A DNA stretch of 32,000 nucleotides from Halorhodospira halophila SL1 (GTDB taxonomy: Bacteria > Pseudomonadota > Gammaproteobacteria > Nitrococcales > Halorhodospiraceae): assembly GCF_000015585.1 (NCBI RefSeq), contig NC_008789.1, forward strand, positions 2,160,001 through 2,192,000, written 5' to 3'. Position 1 is the first letter of the stretch. Each line of letters starts with the position of its first letter. A program made the translations under genes and the position numbers. Of this stretch, positions 5,951-14,384 are shown piece after piece. Under the pieces are notes generated by a model. The model saw nothing but the letters and a program-made list of their open reading frames with translations. It was not told where the DNA came from and did no database searches.

Positions 5951-8900
5951 TCAGTCAATCTCGAAGCGGTACATCAGGTCCAGGGCACTGTCCTCGCCGC
6001 TGACCGCCTCCAGGTAGAGCTGCCAGGTCAGGTAGTAACGCAGGGTCACGGTATTGACTGGGCTGAACACAGCCACCCCGTAGGCGACATAGAGCCGCGG
6101 GCTGATGTACCCGGAGACGACTACCTGGGCGTCCTCGCCCTCGCCGGCGGTATCGATCTCGAAGTCGCGGATTCCGATCTGCTCAGCAGCCGAGGTGATC
6201 ACGCCACTGCCGCCGTATAGCCCCAGGGCCAGGGCCGCCGAGGCGAGCATCTCGTCGGTGCCCGGCCCCTCCGCCCCCATCGGCCGACCGCGGACCAGGT
6301 AGGAGAGGGCATTCTCCTGGGACATGGTCGGCTCGCTGAACAGGGTCACCTGGGGGTCGTCAGCAAACCCACCGACGCGGATGCCGGCGGTCACCCGGTC
6401 GCGCTCGATCCGCCGCACCGCCTCGATATCGAGCTGCGGCCGATCCAGCGGGCCGGCAAAAAGCACCACCCCCCGCCGAATACTCAGGCGCTGCCCGTAG
6501 GCCCGGTATTCGCCGTCCTCGACACGCAGCTCGCCGTAGGCCTCGGTGGATCCATCCGGTTGCTGGAGCACGCGCAAGCCGCCGCCCAACCGGCCCCGCA
6601 CCCCGAAGGCAGCGAGCGTGACCGCATCCCCGAGGATGAGCTCTACGTCCGCCTCGACGACCCAGTCCTGGGGCAAAGCCTCGGCGAGCGGATCCGCCTC
6701 TTCATCACGGCGGACGATTACCACATCGCGGGAGTGCCCCACAGCCCGATCCGGCAGCTCGCGCACCGCGATGCCCCCCCGCGGCACCTCCACCTCCCCA
6801 CCGACCCGGACCTGGCCCGGGCGGACGGCCAGCTGCAGCCGCGGGCTCACCGCCAGTTCGGCGTACTGCGGCACGTCCGCCCACAACTCGTCGCCGTCGA
6901 CGCCCACATTCACCGACCAGTCAGCCCCGTCCCAGGCGGCATCACCGTCGATTCGTGCCTGCCCATCGCCCACCCGGAACCCACCGCCGATATCGGCGTG
7001 ATCGCCATCGAAGGCCACCCACAGACCCAGGTCCTCCACACGGCTGGCCGACTGGGGGGCCGCCACGGTGCCATCCCGGAGTTCGACCCGACCAGCCAGC
7101 CGCGGATCGCTACGCGTGCCGGTGAGCTGGGCCCGGGCCCGGACTTCACCGTCGATCTCACTGAGATCGGGCACCAGGGAGTGGAAGAAGCCCAGGCGCA
7201 GACCGTCGACCATCAGCTCGCCGGCGATGGCCTCGCCCTCCGGACGCGGATCGCCGCTGGCTCGGAGCGCCACGTTCCCCGCCTCCTCGGCCTCGAAATC
7301 GAGTTGCGCCTCGGCCTCTTCAGGGCGGTAGCGCCCTTGCACCGCCAGGCGCTGGTAATCGACCTCGCGAACCACCGGGTCACCGTCCTTGAACTCGTCG
7401 GGCAGGGTCAGGGCCAGGCGCCCACCCAGGCTCTCGGCCCACACCCGGGCGTCCACCCCCGCCTCCGGACTCCAACGCAGCCCGCCTTCGCCGGACAGAG
7501 CACCCTGCCAATCGACCCCATCGGGGAGCCACGGCTCAACCCAGGCCAGATCGAAATCCGCCAGGACGAAGTCCAGATCCGCCCCTTCGGGACCGGCGCG
7601 CGCCCCCTCCGGCAGGTGCAGGCGGGCATCACGATAGCGCCAGCACTGGGCACCGAGGTCCAGCTCCTCGTCGGCGTAGCGCAGCGGGAACGGGGCGTCC
7701 AGGGTCAGTTGGTGCCCCTGGAACTCGCCCCCGGCGTCCACCATGAGTCCACTCCAGCCGAACTCCGGCTGCCACCCCCCAGCCAGTCCCAGATGGGCCT
7801 GCCCCTCGGGGGCGTGCAGGCGCACCCCGAGGTGGTGGGCGGCGCGGCTCCCGGTGGCACGCATCTCCACCTCATCGATCTCGCCCTGGGGCAGCTCGAT
7901 GCCGCGCAGTTGCACCAGGGCATCCCCGGGCTCCTGCGCCAGCGCCGGTACATCAGCCTGCCAGTCCAGCGCTGCAAGGCTGTACGCCTCGAAGCGCAGA
8001 TCGCGGCCGCGGCCCTCCGTCTCGATATCCAGCGCTTGCGGGGCACCACGCACCCGGGCACGGGCATCGAGTTCGCCGCCCAGGCGCTCATCCAGCACAC
8101 CCAGATCCGCCAGGCGGGCGCGCAGATCCACATCCCAGGTCTCCGCCAGGGTGCCGTCGAGCAGGACCTCCCCGCCGTCTACCCGCGCCTCGATGCCGCT
8201 GAGCCGCCAGACAGCGTCCAGCGTATGCTCGGCCCGGCCACGGAAGGCCACCTCGCGCCCCTCCAGCTCACCGCGTAGGCCGGGAGTACCGACATCCAGC
8301 GCCCACCCGTCGCCGCCGGCCTGGCCGCGGACGGTGAGCGGCCCGCTCACCCGGTGCGGGGCCTGGGGCCACTCCAGCGAGGGATCCAGATCCTCGACAT
8401 CGGCGGCGACATCCCAGCGCACCCCGTCGGCGTCCCAGCCAAGCTCGACCCGGCCCTGCAGCCCGCCGCCGAGCAGCTCGCCGGTGAGATCGGTGAAGCG
8501 TGCCCCCTCGGCATCCACTTGGAAACGGCTGCGCAGACGGCTGCGGGGGACGTGCTTACCGACCACCCCCGTTTCCAGGTGGCCGCTCAGGCCATCGATA
8601 TCCCCCTGAGCGATCAGGTTCAGCCCTTCCGCGGCCACGATCTCGCGGGTATCCAGAGGCCACCCCCCGTCCAGATCCTCGGTCTGGATGCGCAGCGGCA
8701 GCTGAGCGTCGAGAGGCTGGATGTCCAGGTCGATACCGCCACTGACCGGGCCGGAGAGGGTACTGCTGACCCGCAGCGCTGCGGCGCTGCCGCCGAGCCG
8801 CGAGGCGAAGCGGACCCGCTCCGGGAGCCCGGGGGCGGCCGCGGTCCCGCGCACGAACAGGGCCAGCGGATAGCTCTCGGTGGTGTGCAGATGCCCGTCC

Positions 8901-9475
8901 AGCTCCACCCGGGCGTCGTCCCGCTCCAGCAGCAGGCGGTGGATGCGCCACTCGGTGCCGCTGGCTGCCCAGGCGGCCTCGAGGCGCTTGATCCGCTGCG
9001 CCGGGGCGTCGCCGATGTTCAGCACCACCTGCTCAACCAGCAGCTCCTCGACATCGACAGCCAGCGGCAGCTCGATGTGGGGCAGAGTCACCGGTTCGGT
9101 CCGGGCCTCGGTGTCGACCGGCGCCACCGGCTCCTCCCCCTCGGCCACCGTCACTTCGACCCCGCTGACCCGCAGGGCGTTGACCCGCGCCTCGCCGGCA
9201 AGCAGACGCTGCGGCTGCCAGGCCAGTTCGGCACGCGCCACCGCGACATCGATCTCGGCGTCGCGCCAGGCCACGTCCGCCACCTCGACGCCGCGCATGA
9301 GGCTGCCGCCGGTGACCCGCAGCTCCAGCCGCGGCTCCAGCGACTCGGCCACGCTGGCCGCCAGGCGCGCCCCGGCGGTGGTCATCAGCAGCCACAGGAT
9401 CGCCAGCACCAGCAGCCCGAGGGCGGCCAGGACGGTGGTGGCGGAGAGCTTGAACAGACGACGCAGCGAGATCAC
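5951..9475 (-). CDS. tamB: Translocation and assembly module subunit TamB (DUF490/AsmA-like)
   Basis: 1174 aa with an N-terminal signal-anchor LSATTVLAALGLLVLAILWLLM, a long beta-rich body and a C-terminal DUF490-type end ...RYYLTWQLYLEAVSGEDSALDLMYRFEID. The GTG start at 9475 overlaps the tamA stop (GTGA). Confidence 0.9.
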   Translation of the reverse strand: MISLRRLFKLSATTVLAALGLLVLAILWLLMTTAGARLAASVAESLEPRLELRVTGGSLMRGVEVADVAWRDAEIDVAVARAELAWQPQRLLAGEARVNALRVSGVEVTVAEGEEPVAPVDTEARTEPVTLPHIELPLAVDVEELLVEQVVLNIGDAPAQRIKRLEAAWAASGTEWRIHRLLLERDDARVELDGHLHTTESYPLALFVRGTAAAPGLPERVRFASRLGGSAAALRVSSTLSGPVSGGIDLDIQPLDAQLPLRIQTEDLDGGWPLDTREIVAAEGLNLIAQGDIDGLSGHLETGVVGKHVPRSRLRSRFQVDAEGARFTDLTGELLGGGLQGRVELGWDADGVRWDVAADVEDLDPSLEWPQAPHRVSGPLTVRGQAGGDGWALDVGTPGLRGELEGREVAFRGRAEHTLDAVWRLSGIEARVDGGEVLLDGTLAETWDVDLRARLADLGVLDERLGGELDARARVRGAPQALDIETEGRGRDLRFEAYSLAALDWQADVPALAQEPGDALVQLRGIELPQGEIDEVEMRATGSRAAHHLGVRLHAPEGQAHLGLAGGWQPEFGWSGLMVDAGGEFQGHQLTLDAPFPLRYADEELDLGAQCWRYRDARLHLPEGARAGPEGADLDFVLADFDLAWVEPWLPDGVDWQGALSGEGGLRWSPEAGVDARVWAESLGGRLALTLPDEFKDGDPVVREVDYQRLAVQGRYRPEEAEAQLDFEAEEAGNVALRASGDPRPEGEAIAGELMVDGLRLGFFHSLVPDLSEIDGEVRARAQLTGTRSDPRLAGRVELRDGTVAAPQSASRVEDLGLWVAFDGDHADIGGGFRVGDGQARIDGDAAWDGADWSVNVGVDGDELWADVPQYAELAVSPRLQLAVRPGQVRVGGEVEVPRGGIAVRELPDRAVGHSRDVVIVRRDEEADPLAEALPQDWVVEADVELILGDAVTLAAFGVRGRLGGGLRVLQQPDGSTEAYGELRVEDGEYRAYGQRLSIRRGVVLFAGPLDRPQLDIEAVRRIERDRVTAGIRVGGFADDPQVTLFSEPTMSQENALSYLVRGRPMGAEGPGTDEMLASAALALGLYGGSGVITSAAEQIGIRDFEIDTAGEGEDAQVVVSGYISPRLYVAYGVAVFSPVNTVTLRYYLTWQLYLEAVSGEDSALDLMYRFEID

Positions 9476-11193
9476 AGATCCGACCCCATCGAGAAGTGGA
9501 GACGCCAGGAGTCGTCCGCTTCCCCCACCGTGGAGGCGAGGTCGAGGCGGACCGGCCCCACCGGGGACGACCAGCGGATGCCGAAGCCAGCACCCGTCTT
9601 CGCCTCAGCACTCAAGTCATCCCAGTCGGCGTAGGCATTACCGCTGTCCACGAAGATCGCCGGGCGCCAGTTGGGGGTGAGCTGATAACCGTATTCGGCA
9701 CTGCCCACCGCCAGATAACGGCCACCGATGGTGGTCCCATCTTCCTCGGGCCCCAGAGTCTGGTACTTATAGCCGCGTACACTCTGATCGCCACCGGCGT
9801 AGAAGCGCAGCGAAGGCGGCACATCGACGAACGAGTCCGTGGCCAGCGCACCGACCTCGCCACGGATAAGGAACCGGTGGCGCTCCCCCAGCGTGCGCAC
9901 CCAGCGGGTGGCGGTGCGCACGCGGCGCAGCTCGATGTCCGAAGCCAGATCCGGGTCGGCCACCTCCAGGCTCAGCATTTGCCGGTCGCCCCAGCGCGGA
10001 TCGAGCCCACCGCGGCTGCGCACCCGGCTCCAGCTAACCCCGGGGATGTAGAGCTGGGTGGTGCGCTGATCGTCGTCGATGCGGTAACGCTCGCGGTAGG
10101 CGCGCAGGGACAGGACCTGCTGCCAACCGCTCTCGAGGCGATGCCGGTGCTGAACCGATGCGGTGACCTGTTCGGTGTCGATATCGGCCACGTCCTGCGC
10201 CTGGATACCGAGCTGGTACTCCAGCTGGGTGCGCAGGGGATCGCGCAGCGGCACCGTATAGGTGCTGATGAGGTTCTGCCGGCGCTCGGCGATCTCGCTC
10301 TCCACCGCCAGCGAGTGCCCCCACTGGTTCACCCACGGCCGACGCCAGCCCAGGCGCACGCGGGCGCCGAGGTCGGTGGTGAAGCCGACGCCAGTGGTGA
10401 TCTCGTGCCGGGCCCGCGCGGAGAGGTCCACGTCCACCGGCACCTGATCATCCTCGGTGCGATCCCGCCGCGGACGCACCCGCACATCGGAAAAGTAGCC
10501 ACTGTCGAGCAACGCGCGGTTGAAGGCCGCCACCTGTTCGGCGGTATACGGCTCGTCGCGTTCGAAGGGAACCAGCCGCTGCAGGAACGCCTCGGCCAGC
10601 GGCGATTCCGAGAACCGTACCGCGCCGAAGCGGTAGCGCACACCGGTGTGGTAGTGCAGGATCACCTCGGCCTCGCGGGCCTCCGGGTCGACCTCCACGC
10701 GCCGGGTGACGTAGCGACCATCGAAGTACCCCTGGTCCAGCGCCAGGTTCTGGATAGCCCGACGCGCCGCCTCGTAGCGACCGTGGTGGAGAACATCACC
10801 CTCACCGATCCCCAAGCGCTGCTCGATGCCAGCGAAGGCCGGATCGGTCCCTCCCGGTCCGGTGATCAGCACATGGATCCGGCTCAGACGCACCGGTTCG
10901 CCAGGGTCGACGACGATGGTCAATCGCACCTGTTCGTCGAGACGCTCCCGACGCACCTCGATCTGTGCATCGTAGTGGCCCACGGCCTGCAAACCGCGTT
11001 CGGCCCGCTCCACCGCGCGGCGACGGAACGCGGTGATCGCGGCGGGATCGGCAGACGCCGGCTCCCCCACGTGGCCGCGCACCTGATCGGCGAGCTCGCC
11101 GCTAACCCCCTCGATGACCACCTCCACCCCGGCGTAGGCCGGACGGCCAAGCAGGGCCAGGAGGATCAGCAGGACCAGCGCAGCCAGACGCAT
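9472..11193 (-). CDS. tamA: Outer-membrane translocation and assembly module subunit TamA (Omp85/BamA-like, POTRA + beta-barrel)
   Basis: Signal peptide MRLAALVLLILLALLGRPAYAG from ATG 11193; the track ORF is over-extended to 11355. The Omp85 barrel end is ...GIRWSSPVGPVRLDLA...WRLHFSMGSDL. It is paired with tamB. Confidence 0.9.
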   Translation of the reverse strand: MRLAALVLLILLALLGRPAYAGVEVVIEGVSGELADQVRGHVGEPASADPAAITAFRRRAVERAERGLQAVGHYDAQIEVRRERLDEQVRLTIVVDPGEPVRLSRIHVLITGPGGTDPAFAGIEQRLGIGEGDVLHHGRYEAARRAIQNLALDQGYFDGRYVTRRVEVDPEAREAEVILHYHTGVRYRFGAVRFSESPLAEAFLQRLVPFERDEPYTAEQVAAFNRALLDSGYFSDVRVRPRRDRTEDDQVPVDVDLSARARHEITTGVGFTTDLGARVRLGWRRPWVNQWGHSLAVESEIAERRQNLISTYTVPLRDPLRTQLEYQLGIQAQDVADIDTEQVTASVQHRHRLESGWQQVLSLRAYRERYRIDDDQRTTQLYIPGVSWSRVRSRGGLDPRWGDRQMLSLEVADPDLASDIELRRVRTATRWVRTLGERHRFLIRGEVGALATDSFVDVPPSLRFYAGGDQSVRGYKYQTLGPEEDGTTIGGRYLAVGSAEYGYQLTPNWRPAIFVDSGNAYADWDDLSAEAKTGAGFGIRWSSPVGPVRLDLASTVGEADDSWRLHFSMGSDL

Positions 11194-11290
11194 CCGGGTC
11201 CTCACCAAGCGCCGGCGCAGACTTGTATACTCGGGGGCCGCGGCACCGTCGGGGTGCCCTGGTCGATCAGCAGAGGGGATCACGAGGTCC

Positions 11291-12850
11291 ATGCAAGAAG
11301 AGTCGGAACCGGAACGGACAGAACAGGACGAGCACCACCTGCGCCTGCGCAACATGGTCCTTGAGGACTACGACGATGTCGCGCACATCATGGACCAAGT
11401 GTATCCCGATATGGACGGGGCGTGGTCGCGGGAACAGTTCGCGGCGCAGATCAATCGCTTCCCGGAGGGGCAGATCTGCATCGAGGACAACGGCCGCGTG
11501 GTTGCCGGCGCCATCACGCTCATCGTGGACTACGGTCGCTTCGGCGACAAGCACACCTACGAGGAGATCACCGGCGGCGGCTACCTGACCACCCACGACC
11601 CCAACGGCGACGTCCTTTACGGCGTGGATATCTTCGTCGACCCGGAGTACCGCTCGATGCGCCTGGGGAGGCGACTCTACGACGCCCGCAAGGAGCTGTG
11701 CCGGCGTCTGAACCTGCGCGGCATCGTCGCCGGCGGGCGCATCCCCGGCTACACCCGGCACGCGGACGAGATGTCGCCGGAGGCCTACATCGAGCTGGTC
11801 AAGCGCCGCGAGATCCATGACCCGATCCTCTCGTTCCAGCTCGCCAACGACTTCCACGTGCGGCGGATCATCACCGATTACCTGCCCTCGGACCGGGACT
11901 CGTACGCCTACGCGACCCTGGTGCAGTGGAACAACATCTTCTACGAACCCAAGGAACAGCCGCTGATCACCCGGCGCAAGGCCGTGGTCCGGGTCGGCAC
12001 TGTGCAGTGGCAGATGCGCCCGATGAGCTCGGTGGACGAGCTGATCGATCAGGTGGAGTTCTTCGTCGACGCCCTGGCCGGCTACAACGCCGACTTTGCA
12101 CTGTTCCCGGAGTTCTTCAACGGACCACTGCTTTCGCTGTTCAACCAGGAGAACCCGGCCGAGGCCATCCGCGGCCTGGCGCAGTACACCGAGGAGATCG
12201 TCGACGAGATGTCGCGCCTGGCGGTCTCCTACAACATCAATATCATCGCCGGCTCGATGCCCGTCTACCAGGAGCAGTCGCTCTACAACGTCTCCTACCT
12301 CTGCCGGCGCGACGGCACGACGGATGAGCAGCACAAGCTGCACATCACCCCCGACGAGCGCTCCTACTGGGGCGTGCGGGGCGGTGACGAACTCAAGGTC
12401 TTCGAGACCGACATCGGCAAGATCGGCATCCTGGTCTGCTACGACTCCGAGTTCCCAGAGCTGCCGCGGATCCTCAATCAGAAGGGGGCGCGCATCCTCT
12501 TCGTGCCCTACTGGGTCGACACCCAGACCGGCTATCTGCGCGTCCGCCGCTGCGCCCAGGCACGGGCCATCGAGAACGAGTGCTATGTGGCGATCACCGG
12601 CTCCGTGGGCAACCTGCCCAAGGTAGAGAACATCGACATCCAGTACTCGCAGTCGGCGGTGTTCTCGCCGGCGGACTTCGCCTTCCCCCACGACGCCATC
12701 GTCGCGGAGACCACCCCGAACACCGAGATGACGCTGATCGTCGACCTGGATCTGGACAAGCTCACCGAGATCCGCAACGAGGGCTCGGTCCGCAATTACA
12801 AGGACCGTCGCCTGGATCTCTACCGCATCCAGTGGCTGGGCCGGGACTGA
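11291..12850 (+). CDS. Fusion protein: N-terminal GNAT acetyltransferase-like domain + C-terminal carbon-nitrogen hydrolase (nitrilase-superfamily) domain
   Basis: The N-terminal ~190 aa look GNAT-like (LRLRNMVLEDYDDV..., VDPEYRSMRLGRRLYDARKELC). The C-terminal CN-hydrolase domain has a candidate Glu-Lys-Cys triad (FPEFFNG, HKLHITPDE, GILVCYDSEFPE). Confidence 0.88.
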   Translation: MQEESEPERTEQDEHHLRLRNMVLEDYDDVAHIMDQVYPDMDGAWSREQFAAQINRFPEGQICIEDNGRVVAGAITLIVDYGRFGDKHTYEEITGGGYLTTHDPNGDVLYGVDIFVDPEYRSMRLGRRLYDARKELCRRLNLRGIVAGGRIPGYTRHADEMSPEAYIELVKRREIHDPILSFQLANDFHVRRIITDYLPSDRDSYAYATLVQWNNIFYEPKEQPLITRRKAVVRVGTVQWQMRPMSSVDELIDQVEFFVDALAGYNADFALFPEFFNGPLLSLFNQENPAEAIRGLAQYTEEIVDEMSRLAVSYNINIIAGSMPVYQEQSLYNVSYLCRRDGTTDEQHKLHITPDERSYWGVRGGDELKVFETDIGKIGILVCYDSEFPELPRILNQKGARILFVPYWVDTQTGYLRVRRCAQARAIENECYVAITGSVGNLPKVENIDIQYSQSAVFSPADFAFPHDAIVAETTPNTEMTLIVDLDLDKLTEIRNEGSVRNYKDRRLDLYRIQWLGRD

Positions 12851-12868
12851 GGGCCCCGGCCCCTGGGG

Positions 12869-13630
12869 TCAGGCGATCAGGGCCAACAGCAGGAGCACCG
12901 CGCAGACCACGGCGGTGAGCCGGCCCCGGAGCTGGCGGTACCAAGGCGGGAAACCGGTGCCCGGGTCGGCGAGGCGCTCGTAGCCGTACCAGGCGGCAAA
13001 GCCGGCGGCCAGCAACAGCGCCCCGCCGGCGGGGGCCCCGCCGACCCCGAGGCCCGCCCCCAGCCATCCGACCAGCGCTGGCAACACGCCCCCGGCCATC
13101 ACCGACCAGGGGCGCTGGTCGCGCAGCAGCGCCACCCCCCAGTGCACCCCGCCCAGGAACGAAAGGATGGCGGCGCCGTAGACCAGGGTGGCCGCCACTG
13201 CCTGCTCGTGCAGCGCCGCCGGGGCGACGGCAGCCAACAACAGCCCGAGGACGAAGGGGACCAGCCCGGCGTAGCCCAGCACCCGCCCGGGCCGCTCGGC
13301 CCGCGCCGCGGCCGGGGCCTCATCGCCGATCACCGGATGCTCGAGCAGCTCATCGGGGCCGCCGACAAAAGCGCCGTGGACGAAGATCTGCGGCAGACTC
13401 CGCCAACCGGTCATCTCCTGGAGCTGGTGGAACCGGTCACGCATCTGTGCCGAGCCCATGGGCATCTCGACCTCCCGGTAGTCGACCCCCCGCCGATGCA
13501 GCGCACGCACCACCGAGCGGGTGTCGGTCAGGCCCGAGCGGAAGATGACCACCGTCGCCGAACTCAGCTCACGGGCGAGCGCCGGATCGTCTCCGTGACC
13601 GCCCTGTTGTCCTGTCCACTCCTCTGCCAT
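12869..13630 (-). CDS. Glutaredoxin-fold domain lacking active-site Cys, fused to DUF3429-like 4-TM membrane domain
   Basis: ATG 13630 is preceded by GGAGGAGG; the track ORF extends to 13693. The Grx-like motifs SLPQIFVHGAFVGGPDELLE are present, but the CxxC position reads SGLTDTRS. The C-terminal half (LGYAGLVPFVLGLL...LVYGAAILSFLGGVHWGVALL) resembles DUF3429 as I remember it. Confidence 0.72.
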   Translation of the reverse strand: MAEEWTGQQGGHGDDPALARELSSATVVIFRSGLTDTRSVVRALHRRGVDYREVEMPMGSAQMRDRFHQLQEMTGWRSLPQIFVHGAFVGGPDELLEHPVIGDEAPAAARAERPGRVLGYAGLVPFVLGLLLAAVAPAALHEQAVAATLVYGAAILSFLGGVHWGVALLRDQRPWSVMAGGVLPALVGWLGAGLGVGGAPAGGALLLAAGFAAWYGYERLADPGTGFPPWYRQLRGRLTAVVCAVLLLLALIA

Positions 13631-13775
13631 GCCGCCTCCTCCGGTTGCTCGCGGACCAGTGTAGGGGATCCGGCCAACCAGCGTCGCGGACATGCGGACT
13701 CTGAAAGTCCACTTTTGCTAGCATGATCGTCACCCTGACCGTCACACCCTTCAGCAAATCCCGGGGACCCGAGCC

Positions 13776-14327
13776 ATGTACGCACCCAAAGGCGAACCCA
13801 TCACCTTCCAGCGCGACTGCGAGGCCGTGGTCATCCCTGCCGGGGACACCGGCGTCATCCCCGCCGGTGCCGAGGGGGTGCTGACCCAGGCCCTCGGCGG
13901 CAGCTACACCATCTACCTCCAGGGCTATCTGTTCCGCATCGACGGCGCCAATGCCGACGCCATCGGCAAGGAACCGCCCCAGCCCCCACAGCTGCCGGAG
14001 GGGGCCACCGACGAAGACGTGGAGCGCCTGATCTGGGAGCAGATGGCCACCTGCTACGACCCGGAGATCCCGGTCAACGTGGTCGACCTCGGGTTGATCT
14101 ATCGCTGCGACATCCGCAAGGACGAGCACGGCCAGCGCCACGTCGATATCGACATGACCCTCACCGCCCCCGGCTGCGGGATGGGCGATATCCTCGCCCA
14201 CGACGTCCGGGTCAAGGTCCAGATGGTGCCCACGGTCGCCGAGGCGCAGGTCAACCTCGTCTTCACCCCGCCGTGGAGCAAAGAGATGATGTCCGAGGCC
14301 GCCAAGCTCCAGGTCGGCCTGATGTAG
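13776..14327 (+). CDS. sufT: SufT-like Fe-S cluster assembly protein (N-terminal SufT domain + DUF59/MIP18)
   Basis: 183 aa. DUF59 core motifs are CYDPEIPVNVVDLGLIY and MTLTAPGCGMGD. The length and N-terminal extension match the long SufT type. Confidence 0.8.
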   Translation: MYAPKGEPITFQRDCEAVVIPAGDTGVIPAGAEGVLTQALGGSYTIYLQGYLFRIDGANADAIGKEPPQPPQLPEGATDEDVERLIWEQMATCYDPEIPVNVVDLGLIYRCDIRKDEHGQRHVDIDMTLTAPGCGMGDILAHDVRVKVQMVPTVAEAQVNLVFTPPWSKEMMSEAAKLQVGLM

Positions 14328-14345
14328 CCGGATCACCCTCGGCCC

Positions 14346-14371
14346 GGGGCCGTGCTACCCGACACGGCCCC
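14346..14371. terminator. Bidirectional hairpin between convergent sufT and aminotransferase (9-bp GC stem, 8-nt loop)
   Basis: GGGGCCGTG at 14346-14354 pairs with CACGGCCCC at 14363-14371. There is no U tract on either side. Confidence 0.45.
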
Positions 14372-14384
14372 GAATCGCTTGCGG

